The notes beneath the pieces are model-generated. The model had not been told where the DNA came from. It did not search any database and saw only the letters and a list, made by a program, of their open reading frames with translations. A stretch of DNA of 63,698 nt, counting the filler, from Intoshia linei (lineage: Eukaryota > Animalia > Orthonectida): the NCBI GenBank assembly GCA_001642005.1. It is 7 parts of 7 records of this genome, joined end to end, with 100 filler letters (N's around TTAATTAATTAA, not from the genome) between each part and the next. Parts side by side here need not be neighbours in the genome. Positions count along the whole stretch, not along the records: positions 1 to 7,641 come from LWCA01001571.1; positions 7,742 to 29,107 come from LWCA01000650.1; 5 more parts are not named here. One strand, given 5' to 3'. Both the position numbers and the translations under genes were made by a program. Numbering within the stretch: position 1 is the first letter of the stretch; every line of letters begins with the position of its first letter. Shown piece after piece: positions 1 to 11,633 of the stretch.

Positions 1-735
1 ATGCTTTTTTGACCGTGAAGTCGTCACTTATTCGGATTGAAATTTTCTGTGTGTTAACAGGATAAAACTGTAAAACTTGTAATTTTTTTGAAATTTTAAA
101 GCTGTTTTCATTAAAAAAAAAGGGTAATTTGAAGTTTTGGGCCCTGAAGATATAATTTTGTTAAATTTAAATGTATGGTAATGTTTATGATTATAAAATT
201 TGTATCAGCGTATATATTTTTTTAAATTCTCGAACTCGTTTAATTTTCAAAAAAAAGACAATTAGGCTTTTTGATCCGTAAGATGTAAGTTTGGGAGGTT
301 GAAATTTATTTTGCGAACACCCCCGGAAAAAACAATACAATTTTATATATACGAAAAAAGTATATATGAATACTAAAATGATTTTTTGAGCGTGAAGTCG
401 TCACTTAATCGGATTGAAATTTTCTATGTGTCTTAACAGGATACAACTGTACAACCTGTAAATTTTTTGAAATTCTAGGGCTGTTTTCATTAAAAAAAGG
501 GGTAATTTGAAGTTTATGCCCTGAAGATATATTTTTTTTAAATTTAAATTTATGACAATATTTATGATTTTAAAATCCGTATCAGCGTATATATTTTTTT
601 AAATTCTCGAACTCGTTTAATTTTCAAAAAAAAGACAATTGGGCTTTTTGATCCGTAAGATGTAAGTTTGGGAGGTTAAAATTTATTTTGCTAACACCCG
701 AAAATAACTGTAATTGAAAAATTGACACACGCGCA
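1..735 (-). mobile_element. Two tandem partial copies of the window's dominant interspersed repeat (family A, Helitron-like)
   Basis: 1-340 and ~373-725 are near-duplicates (ttttgaccgtgaagtcgtcactta...gggaggttgaaatttattttgc) and match 10510-10860, 22150-22430 and 53810-54110. Confidence 0.7.
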
Positions 736-821
736 TTTTAAGTCTATCTATGAGTATGCGTCTTGGATATCATTTTCTGTAGATCACTTAAATTGAAAAA
801 TTTATATTTTATTTGCTATAG

Positions 822-2615
822 AATGGCTCATATAAGTAAGGATTACTCATCTACTTTCCAATTTTTTATTTAGTAATGATAAGACCAAGCCGATGAGAAA
901 AAACAAAGATAGAGTATCCAGTCAAATAAAAATAGTAGACATTTACAGGTTTAAAAAATTTTCCACTACATCCAAATTATTATAATCATCACATTTTTTG
1001 CTCGAAAGTTTACTTTTTGCTTGGCTACATCTCAGTTTATAAAGAAAAATTTATGTACATTGTTCAATTTATTCTACAATGTTTTATGTATTTTGAATAC
1101 ATTGTAAATATTGATTTCAGTAAAAATTTAGAATGTGTAAAAATTTAAAAATACAGTAGAAATATTATATATTACACGATTACAATTAAAAAATGACAAT
1201 GAAATGTGATTAAAAACGTCACTTTCATAACCAAATGTATAATAATATTATTTTTAATTATTATTACCTTTTCTAAATGATGATTACAGATTAAAGAATT
1301 TTAAATTTATCAAATTTAAATATGTGAATTTTGAATGATATATAATAAAATGACTTATGTATTGCGTTAAAATATTGATTTATTGATATAAATATTTTAA
1401 TCAATATTATTGTGTTATATTAGCGGTAGACATTTATTGTACCAATCCATTTAAATCTACCCTAATCTATTTTAATTTTACTAAACTATTTAAAGTTATA
1501 ATTTAAATCTTGAGTTAATTCTTTAGTATGTTGCAGCAATTAGTGTGATTGGATGTATTGTCTACTTTTATATTCAAAATTTAAGCTTCAAAACATATAC
1601 CACCACTCTTAAGTGTATATTTCCATCCTGTAGTAGCCTGTATTTTTGATTTAAAAAAAAGTTAACACCCTACTATATATAGCCTGTTTGTTGTAGCTTA
1701 TTTAAAAAGAGGTCTTATTCTCATATCATCTTTATAATCTCGAAAAAATCTGTACATTGTAAGTAAATTATCATCATAGATATAAAATTTCACTGATAAT
1801 AATTAACATTTTAATATAACGTAAAAATTGTAATTGAGACATAAATGCGTATTTTACGTATGCATTGTATAAAAGTATGTTAAAAATCAAAGACGCTTCA
1901 ATTTACTTTAATAATAGGGTTAAACATCTTGATAATATGATCAATTTATTTAGACTCGTTTGAATTCGGAACAAATGTAGTAAAAGCAGCTGTAAAATCT
2001 TTTATAGGTTAGTATATAGGTCCATATAAATTATACGTGTTATTCAAATTTAAATTATATATATATATTTTTTATTTTATCCGTTAATTGTTGTGAGTGT
2101 ATTTTCAATTTATTGTAATACATATAGTACTATTATAATAATTCTAATGGGAAGAGCAAAAGCTGCTGGTGATATGGTTGGCATTACCAAAAAGGTAAGA
2201 ATAAATTTAAAACTTTTCATTTACACGTGTTAATATTTTCAAATATACATGTATATGAAGACTTTAGATAAACCTTTTAAGTTGAGTTTCAACTGAGAAG
2301 TTTAAATGATAAATTGTGTTTACGTTACATTGATACATGGTTTAAACCAGGCGTTCTCAACCCTTTTTCGCTGTGGACCCGCAACATCCCCCTTCCCCCA
2401 AATGAAATTAATAATAATTACAATTTTTAATAAATCATTACATTTGTGTGAAACGATTGATGGCCAAATAAGATGGAGTACTCTAGTTTTCTAGATGATA
2501 AAGTTGATAAACTATTAATATTAAATAAATTTTTAAATTTAAATACTAATATTATTATTTAATTTTACAATATATGCAGATAAGCAATCCTGTGAAGAAA
2601 AAATGTCGATCCTAA
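822..2615 (+). CDS. Probable 3' part of a multi-exon gene for an unidentified membrane protein (5' end likely upstream of the window)
   Basis: AG/GT-bounded open segments: 822-835 + 874-948 (NGSYNNDKTKPMRKNKDRVSSQIKIVDIY), ~1527-1612 (YVAAISVIGCIVYFYIQNLSFK, hydrophobic), ~1953-2011 + 2128-2194 (DSFEFGTNVVKAAVKSFIGYTIIIILMGRAKAAGDMVGITKK), and candidate terminal exon 2580-2615 (ISNPVKKKCRS*). Not all junction phases could be reconciled. Confidence 0.35.
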
Positions 2616-3129
2616 TCAATATTAGTTTATTTTAATTAAATTTTTTCTAAAAATCACTAACATAAGTCACTTTTTCATAGTTTACGTCATATTTTAAAAT
2701 CGTAAAGTCTTTTTTAAAACTAAAGTCAGTTTTATTTGTTTACTTCTTTGAAAAAACGACTTTATGATTTAAAAATATGACGTTAGTTAAAAAAAATGAC
2801 TTTATGTACTGAAAATGTGTATAATTTTCATAGACCCCGTTGAAAATGGCTAAGATGGTTGCTATGATGCTAAAATGGTTTAAACCAGGAATAATAAATT
2901 CAAACCTTTTTTGAAACATCACCCATATATTAAAATAATTTAATTTTTGCAAGCTTATTTCCATCCTATAAACATTTATTTGGGACTCTTTCAATAAATA
3001 ATAATTATAATTAAAGAGAATTTTCTTAAATCCAACCATTTTTACTAAAATCCAACCATTCTTACTATAAATGAAAATTTAAGAATTTACGTTTCCTTTA
3101 ATAATTATTAGCTATATATATATGTCTAG

Positions 3130-5122
3130 TAGGGTGTCACATTAAATATTTTTTTAAGAAATTTAAAAAAACATACCCAGTAGATTAAATGTAATTTAAA
3201 AAAAATGATAATCCGATGACTAATTCTGAAAAATACTCATTAATGACTCAGCGTTGATCAATTAGCTAATTAACAAAAAATAACTAAATTTAAGTTTATT
3301 TTCATGTTTTTCTTAATTTTTTTTTACAAAAAGTGAAATTCCTGCTTTGTTTGTGGTGAAACTTTAAAAATGTTTGTATATTTTAATAAAACGCGTTCAG
3401 CTGCATCATTTGCAATTTACTTTATTTTATAATAACGAAAATATTTTTTTATAATTATAATTATGATCATTTTGTTTTGGGGTTTAAACAATGTTTGTGG
3501 GATAAATAAATGTAGACACTTTTTCTAACTTTTTGAAAATGTTAATATAATTTTAAGAGACCTTAAAATAGTAATAATACAACCAAAATTTTATGTATCT
3601 TCAATACACCAATAAAATAAATGATTTTATAAATTTTAATCTAAAATATATTATTTTAAACGATTATGTAATTATTCAAAGTTTTTTGTTAAAATTTAGT
3701 TAAAACCGTGACTATATTTTTAATTTCGTATTATATTGTGGACAAATTTAATTCTTNNNNNNNNNNNNNNNNNNTAAAATTATGTGTAACTTAGTACAAA
3801 ATGTTAATGATTATTAATATTATTTATTAATCCGTATAAATTGTCGTANTCTAGGAGAGACCTTAAGATAGTCATAATACCACCAAAATTTTATGTATCT
3901 TCAATAAACCAATAAAATAAATGATTTTATAAATTTTAATCTAAAATATATTATTTTAAACGATTATGTAATTATTCAAAGTTTTTTGTTAAAATTTAGT
4001 TAAAACCGTGACTATATTTTTAATTTCGTATTATATTGTGGACAAATTTAATTCTCGTTTATATTTATTAAGTAAAATTATGTGTAACTTAGTGCAAAAC
4101 GTTAATGTGTATTAATATTATTTATTAATCCGCACAAATTGTCGTATTTAAGCCTACTCCATAGTAAATTTCATCATATTAATAGATTATCCGAGATAAA
4201 TTATAAATTTGTATGTAAGTTTAGTTTTGACAATATACCATTTTCGATTTTATTTACCGTTGCACCATTATGTGGTATTATCATTATGGATTTGTACAAT
4301 TTATTAAACGTCATTTTGATCACGAAATAATAGAATATTATGAAAATTAGCATAGGAAATGTTTTCAAAAATACATTTGGCACTTCTGATAAACTAAATA
4401 TTATGGGAATAGATTTTATCACGATATTACGAAAATAAACCATTAACCAATGAAGTATAAAATTGTAACTGATTGAGCCGAAAGAGCCTTACAAAAATAT
4501 AAACGATCATTAAATTTGTACACAAAAGAAGAATACATTTAAAATACAGTGATGATTTTTAATACATTTTCATATAAATGCTTGGATTAATTACATTCCC
4601 GTTTATAGTATATTTTGGGTTAAAGTTTATAAAATCTTTTATTTTGTTAATATATTGCGTTGAGGATATATAGAATGTTGCTTGGATTATGACAATCTTA
4701 AGTCTCATATAAAAGTAGACTAAATTTTTTGAAATGATAGACAAATTTCTACATTTAACCCACCACAAACACCAAAACAAAATGATAAATATAGCTATAA
4801 TTTGAAATTTTTTTTTCATATTATAGAATAACGGCAATGGTGCATGACGCAGCTTAACATTATATATTAAAAAAATAAAAACATTATTAAATTTTCAACA
4901 CAAACAAAGCATGAATTTAAGTTTTTGTAAAAAAAAATTAAGAAAAACATGAAAATAAACTTAAATTTAGCTTTTTTTTGTTAATTACTTAATTGATCAA
5001 CGCTGAGTTATTAATGAGTATTTTTCAGAATTAGTCATCGGATTGTCATTTTTTTCAGATTACATCTAAATCTACTGGGTATGTTTTTAAATTTTTTAAA
5101 AAAAATATTTGATGATACCTTA
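3130..5122 (+). mobile_element. ~2-kb DNA transposon relic with ~285-bp terminal inverted repeats and TAGGGTG termini (hATm-like hAT)
   Basis: 3130-~3414 (tagggtgtcac...catacccagtagatt...atccgatgactaattctgaaaaatactcattaat) is the reverse complement of ~4841-5122. Internal degenerate frame at 4462-4551 reads IVTD*AERALQKYKRSLNLYTKEEYI*NTV, resembling the VxNDxAER...TKxE hAT-type C-terminal motif. Confidence 0.75.
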
Positions 5123-5172
5123 ATATATATTCTTTGAAAATCAATACTTTAAGATTTAATGCGTTTATTTAG

Positions 5173-6207
5173 GAAAAAAAGAACAAACCTCTTCTAGTCA
5201 GGTATGTATTTATAGATTGTGTTAATTTAAATGTATTAACTCACATTTATTAAAAAATGTACTGTTTATATACGATTACAATTTTATTTTAAATTAGAAA
5301 ACAAAGCATGGATTGGTATAATGTTATTAAAGAATCTAGTCAAAATTTGAGAAAAGAAACTGAAGAAATAGTTGCATATTTATTTTAAAAATTAATAAAA
5401 TATAGTCCAAGGAAACATCATTAAACAATGTTTTACCTCTCGATATTACTGTAAAAACTGTAGAAAATAAAATTGAACAAACCTTACCAAAAACTACTGA
5501 AAAAACTTTTACAATAGACAACGAAGAAAATGGTTTCATTGCAAATAGAATTTATAAATTTAAAATTATTCTAGTCCAACTTATACCTCGTAAACACCAT
5601 GGTCGTAAAAAAGTAAATGATAGGCGTGCAACCGGAATTGAACCAAATGAAGAAATTTCAGAAATAATCCCAAACATTAAAACTAACACCAATTTAAGTA
5701 GTTTGGATGATGACCAACAAACTAGAGTTGTAATTGTATACTTAATAATTTGTAATTAATTTTTGAAATAGAATTATATTATCGAGAAAAAAAAGAACAA
5801 TGAAGCTCAAAAAGAAATTCAGCGTTTACAAAAAACAATCAACGAGTGCAATGCTGTATTTTTTATTTCAAATAATTAAATTAAATGATTCCTGGTTGAG
5901 GGATCACGATTAAATTACAAATACGTGATATTATTGTTCAAAATGGGCCGTGAACCAATGACTTGAACTTTTGAAAAATATATATATATCAATTTCCGAG
6001 AAATTGGGAAATAAATTTGTTAATTCGTGCCCTCAATGTTACTCTGGTTAGTTAACCAGGGAATTTATCTTTTTTATGTGCATGTTTTTGTTTTATAACT
6101 TACTTTATTTTTAGCAATTGGAAACCACGAAAAAAGATAATATAAGACTCAAAGAAGAGAATTCATCTTTAATTAGAGTTATAAGTCGCCTTTCTCTACG
6201 ATATTAG
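5173..6207 (+). CDS. MYPT/PPP1R12-like protein, C-terminal coiled-coil + leucine zipper (PRKG1-interacting-type) region
   Basis: Phase-consistent exons 5173-5201, 5298-5370, 5406-5532, 5575-5726, 5772-5855 and 6115-6207. The product ends KKDNIRLKEENSSLIRVISRLSLRY*, cf. MYPT1 [22 protein letters not shown], and contains DRRATG (cf. MYPT1 Thr853 site RRSTG). Start is uncertain: ATG 5308, or an in-phase upstream exon ending at 2194. Confidence 0.75.
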
Positions 6208-6251
6208 CTATTACCATTTTTAACCTACCACCTAGTTATCAAATTATATTT

Positions 6252-6848
6252 TTATACATTTACTTTAAACAATTTAAAAAAACTTTTTTTATTTTCTTCT
6301 CCCCATTCTTTCTCATTGACGTCGTATTCAATCATGGCGTAATTGAGAAATAACCAACTACCAAAAATATTTACATCCTGAAATTCGTAGTCTTCAAATA
6401 ATCTGTACAAAAAATTTGGACGAATATCTTTACAGTTATCTTGAAATATACAAGGAGTGTTATCTATTTTATTTCTGATGGATAGGTGAATGGGACCAAA
6501 TTTGTAATCTTTGATTTCATTTTTAGTGCAATACTTTTTCATGACATAATCGTATGATTGTTTTGATCGGAGTGGTTCATCCAACATGCATAATTCGTTT
6601 TTGAATTGTACAACCTTGTCGGAATATGAAATGTATCTTTTGTCGTAATGTTTAGTTAATAAATGTACACACGATCCAACAAAAAGTGTCGATGCGCATG
6701 TTTTTTTGTATTGGTATAATTCCTTTAGAGTCAGTTTATAATCATTTAAAATTGATCTCGTATAATTTACTATACAATAAAATTACAAAATTCAAAATAG
6801 TAACGTACCTAACTTGGAACTTGACATTACTTTTAGTTTTGAATTCAT
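6252..6848 (-). CDS. TIMM29: Mitochondrial import inner membrane translocase subunit Tim29 homolog (185 aa)
   Basis: Exon 6848-6809 (MNSKLKVMSSSKL), 39-nt GT-AG intron, exon 6769-6252; 558 nt in total, open. Motifs YTRSILNDY, LRSKQSYDYV and DVNIFGSWLFLNYAMIEYDVNEKEW match the Tim29 pattern (DVGFLGxWWxLxxxMxDYDVNxxEW). Confidence 0.75.
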
Positions 6849-7641
6849 AGTTTAAATTTAAATTTATTTTTTCATATTTATTACGTTTTAGAAGTATAAA
6901 TGTTGTCGTAATGGTTTTATAAAACTTATAATTATTGTTTACTATGTATATTTGAAATGAGAACGGGAGCTTCATATATTTAGGGAATGATTCAATTGAA
7001 TTCAAACAACTTTTAAATATTTTTGTTGATTCATCGCCATAGTATTTGCATAGATATACAGTAGGGGTGTTCCAAAATTTTATAAATTAGGTCCAAATAC
7101 TGATAAAGTTGGGTGTGATAGTTTTATGATAATCGTGAAAAGAACAAAAATTTTTAGTAGAAGAGCTTGCCATTTTAAAATGTTCTACAAAAACTAAAAT
7201 ATAACTTTATTTGCTGGAATGTTGCGATGAGGTCCTGATAGATAATATAGACTTTTTATTAATCTGATAAAATATGTAGTTAACAATACCTGAAAAACAT
7301 GTTCCATTTTGGGAACATTGACGGGTTAAAGGTTAATATTAATAATTCATCAAGTTTATCATCTCGCAAAAATAGAGTATTCCATGTCTTTTGACCATCA
7401 TTCGTTTCATCCAAACGTATGATTCATTGAAAATTATCATTATTATTAATTTTTTTGGGGATCCACAGGTTTTATGTAATATCATCTTAGGTGTCCACAG
7501 CGAAAAAGGGTTGAGAATGCCTGATCTATATAATTTATTCCATCGGAATTTTTTTCATTGCTACGCAAATTTTAAATTTTCATTTTTCAAACATTTTGAA
7601 CAACATCTACGGCAACGAATTTATAAAAGTTTTGATACTAA

Positions 7642-7741
7642 NNNNNNNNNNNNNNNNNNNNNNNNNNNNNNNNNNNNNNNNNNNNTTAATTAATTAANNN
7701 NNNNNNNNNNNNNNNNNNNNNNNNNNNNNNNNNNNNNNNNN
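7642..7741. other. Artificial scaffold linker (44 N + TTAATTAATTAA + 44 N); identical blocks at 29108-29207, 50755-50854, 56330-56429, 61263-61362 and 62414-62513
   Basis: All six blocks are exactly 100 nt with a palindromic six-frame-stop 12-mer at the centre. Confidence 0.97.
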
Positions 7742-9093
7742 AAAAAAATAAATTCACGTTGAAAATCTAACTTAAAAATCATACTATTCACTATTCTTAT
7801 CAATCCTTTAAAGGAGTGGTTCCCAAATTTGTTTCAGGCAAAACCATCATATCACATTACTTTTTACTTACAAGTCAACTATTCCATCTTAATTTTTTTT
7901 GTTAACATATAATTTAATTTTTTTTTGTATATTAGGGTGTCCACTTTTGATGTTGTTTGTTTTTTTATGAGAAATCTCATTTTGCATGTGGATGCCTTTT
8001 TTAATTTTAAGTTTTATCACCCAAAAAAATGAAATCGAGTAATATTTACCCCTCAAATGTAATTATTGCAATTCATTCAAAAATATTAGAATAAATTTAA
8101 ACATTAATTTTATTTTATGTATAACCAGCTTTAATTTTGTTTTTTAATTTAATTATATTGGTAATGTCCTTGATGTCTTTATCATGTTTTGTGGACCATT
8201 TTGTTTTTTTAAATTCATTTCTAGCTCATTTATTTTGGTTTTTAATGATGTTTGAATTCCACATAATTTACCCCAACAACTATAAATCAAGTTTATTATA
8301 AACTTACAGTGAATTATAATGAATAAATGTTAATAAAATAGTTTCGAAATAAAAAAAATGAATATTAAAGTGCTTTTTTGACCATGAAGGCGTCACTTAA
8401 TCAGATTGAATTTTTTTATGTGTGTTAATTGGATATAACTGTATCATCTTTAATTTTTTGTAAATTCTAGGGCTTTTTTCATTAAAAAAATGTAATCTGG
8501 GTTTTTACCGTGAACTTACCTTTTTTTAGGTTACTATTTATGATAATGCTTATGAATTTAAAAACCATTCCAGAATTTATGTTGTATAAATTTATAAGAC
8601 TTTCTTAATATTTACAAAAAAGGGTCATTTGGTGTTTTGGCCGTGAAGATATAAGATTTTGAAACTAAAAATTATCATAATATTGATAAACCTAAAACTT
8701 TTCATTAGAATGTGTAATTTTTATAATTCTAGGACAAGTTTGAATTTAAAAACAAATGGCAATTGGGGTTTATACCCTGAAGGACTTCATTTCTGAAATT
8801 CAAATTTGTGATAAAAAATTACTCTGGAAAAACTGTTGTAAGAATATGGAATTTACAAAACTCGACTTCCCTTACTTTCTTAAATAAACTGGAACATATA
8901 AAAAAACAAATAAATAAACAGACATACATTTTTAACCATTGTACATTTTAAAAATTCATATAAGTAAGAATTATAATTTGAAAAATTTACAAGCTAAGAG
9001 TTATTATTTTTTATAATATTTAGTATTATAGATCAGGGTGGTCCAATGCGTGATCCGCGAAATTTTTTGGTTAACTTTACATGTATATAGTTA

Positions 9094-9640
9094 TCTTAAC
9101 TTATATAATATGCTACGCGATTTTTGTTTGTGTGTGTGTCTGTGTGTTCAACTTTATTTGAATAACTACGCGTCTTAGAATTTTTTTAAAGACCACATTT
9201 CAATTACAGTTTTTTTCCGGAACGTATATTAAGATAAATTCCAACCTCCCAATTGTACATCTTACGGGTCAAAAACCCCAGTTGTCACTCTTTTTGAAAA
9301 TCAAACGAGTTGAAAGATTTAAAAAAATTATATCTTAAGGGCCAAAACCACAAATTCCCCTTCCTTTTTTTTTGAAAACAGCCCTAGAATTTCAAAAAAT
9401 TTACAGGTGGTAGTTGTTTATTATGTTAACGCACATAAAAAATTTGAATCCGAATAAGTGACGACTTCACGGTCAAAAAATGTGAAATAATTAACAGTCC
9501 GATAATTAAAAAAAAAGGTTATTCTGATAGAGCTTATTCCAGTTGATATAAATACAAAATTTCAACCCATGAAATACTACGCATTCCCCGTAAAAAATAA
9601 GTTTTAATAAAATTAATAATTGAAATAATAGCAATAATTT
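9094..9640 (+). mobile_element. Family A non-autonomous Helitron-like element, 5' part
   Basis: Starts A|TC (tcttaacttatataatatgctacgcg) followed by a (TG)n-type microsatellite. The same start occurs on the minus strand at ~19477 and ~22501. Confidence 0.6.
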
Positions 9641-9984
9641 TATAGACGTTTTCAAAATACCCTTTCAAATAACCGAAATTTAAATGTCGATAAAAACCAC
9701 AAAAATCAAGCTAGAATCAAATTTTAAAAATTGAAATGTATAGTTAGGCGTGGGTATTGAGACCATAAAATATAAACCATGACAACTTACCACAATGTTG
9801 TTTTTTCAAAAAATAAATTTACATTTAAATTTTTCTATACTATTTTCAAAAAGATATTTAAAATGATAAGCGCAACTCGAATCGGCATCTTTGCAACACC
9901 CCATTATAGATTATTTTATGTATCATTATAATACACCATTTTTGCACTAATCGCTCTTAATTCTTTGATCGGTGTGACACCCTA

Positions 9985-10945
9985 ATGTTCAGTACCAATT
10001 TAATAAATACTTAAAATACCAATTATGTATCAATAATTAACGGAATTAGCACTTTATAAACATATTTCAGGCGAATTTTACAATATTGAAAAAGATTTTA
10101 ATAAATATGAAAATGATAATAACAAAGTTGTATACTTTTAGTAATCGTTGTTGTAGTTTTAATTTAAATTTTATACAAAATGTTTTAAAAATGATAATTT
10201 GAGATTTAAAAATTGCAAAGGAATGAATTATATAGATTTTCACGCATATTTCTTTATTGGAAATGAGTAGATTTTTTCAATGCACATTTTTTTTGAAATT
10301 GTAAGATCAACATTTTTATTTTCAATTTTTATTTTAATCGAAATATATTAAAAATTATTTTTCACCGGGAATGCGCAGATTTCTGAAGTTGAAATTTTGT
10401 ATTTATATTAACTGGAATAAGCTCTATCATTTTATTTATTTTTTTTTAATTTTCGGACCATTAATTATTTTAGATTTTTTGTTTTAATAAAATATTTTGG
10501 AAAAAAAATATATGAATACTAAAATGCTTTTTTGACCGTGAAGTCGTCACTTATCAGATTTAAATTTTTATGTGTGTTAACATGATACAACTCTACCACC
10601 TGTAAATTTTTTGATAAAAAAGGAGGAAGGGAAATTTGTGGTTTTGGCCCTGAAGATATAATTTTTTTAACTTTAAATTTATGATAAAGTTTATGATTTT
10701 AAAATCCGCATCAGCGTGTATATTTTTTTAAGTTATCCAACTCGTTTGATTTTCAAAAAGAGGGACAACTGGGGTTTTTGACCCGTAAGATGTGCAATTG
10801 GGAGGTTGAAATTTATTTTATTATACGTCCCGGAAAAAACTGTAATTGAAATGTGGTCTTTAAAAAATTCTAAAAATGCTAGTTATTTTAATAAAGTAGG
10901 ACACACACACAAACAAATATTGCATAGCATATTATATAAATAAAG
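9985..10945 (-). mobile_element. Family A Helitron-like element, long variant, inverted relative to 9094-9640
   Basis: Reverse complement of 9094-9640 over ~550 bp. Its left part matches 21940-22160 and 53420-53800. Confidence 0.65.
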
Positions 10946-11633
10946 CTAAATATATTTTAAATTTGAATATTGTAAAGATTAGTGAAAATATATATACATG
11001 TATACAATGTATAATATACATATGTATATATAAGTATAATATATGTATAACACAAAAAAATATTTTATGAATTTTAAAAATCAAAAATTGTCAATGAAAT
11101 AATAATGAAAAACTGCCTTTTGACAACCGCTGATATTACTGTGTATATCTTGAATATGTAATGATATTTAAAGATTAATATTCAAAAAAATAAAAGATAA
11201 TGATTACATTCTATAATTAAATTTTATAAATATTAAATTTATTTTAAATTTAAAATGTTTTATTACTTTCTATAATTTAAATTAAATATTAATTCTGAAA
11301 TATATAAGTCCATGTACATAAAGGTGTCACATCTATCAGAGAATCAAGTGATTTAGTGAGGCGACTAAGGCTATGACACTACGCATTGTTTGTGATTTTT
11401 TTAGCGAAATAATAATTTTGGGGTAAATTTGATAAAACAATTTACCTAACTTACCTAATATAGTCTCGTGCTAACGACAAAAAATAATCTCAAATTTCAT
11501 AAAATTACTTGGAAACGTAGTGTGACCTTAAAGGTAAATTAATAAACGGAATCAATTATATACATAAAAATTACTATAGCATACTAAACATATGTATATA
11601 TTTATAATTTATGAATTGTATATTCATTTGACA

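Noticed and set aside
3556-4150. Direct duplication of ~290 bp
   Set aside because: Near-identical copies abut N characters (3758-3774 and the single N near 3849); most likely unmerged contig overlap or haplotypes.
2306-4837. Short ORF-track entries (2306, 2740, 4139, 4201, 4559) and similar ones at 7391, 20836, 30630, 33202, 40376, 47734 and 57366
   Set aside because: They overlap repeats or are antisense shadows of real exons; AT-biased composition with no recognisable motifs.
6990-7175. In-frame TAA between two open minus-strand stretches, suggesting stop-codon reassignment
   Set aside because: TAA and TAG terminate well-identified genes (CCNC, OGFOD1, TIMM29, RARS1) at the expected positions, and their exons are open in the standard code.
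7686-7697. Recurrent TTAATTAATTAA palindrome as a biological motif
   Set aside because: It is always centred in exactly 100-nt N blocks, so it is an assembly linker. ORFs running into these blocks are artefacts.
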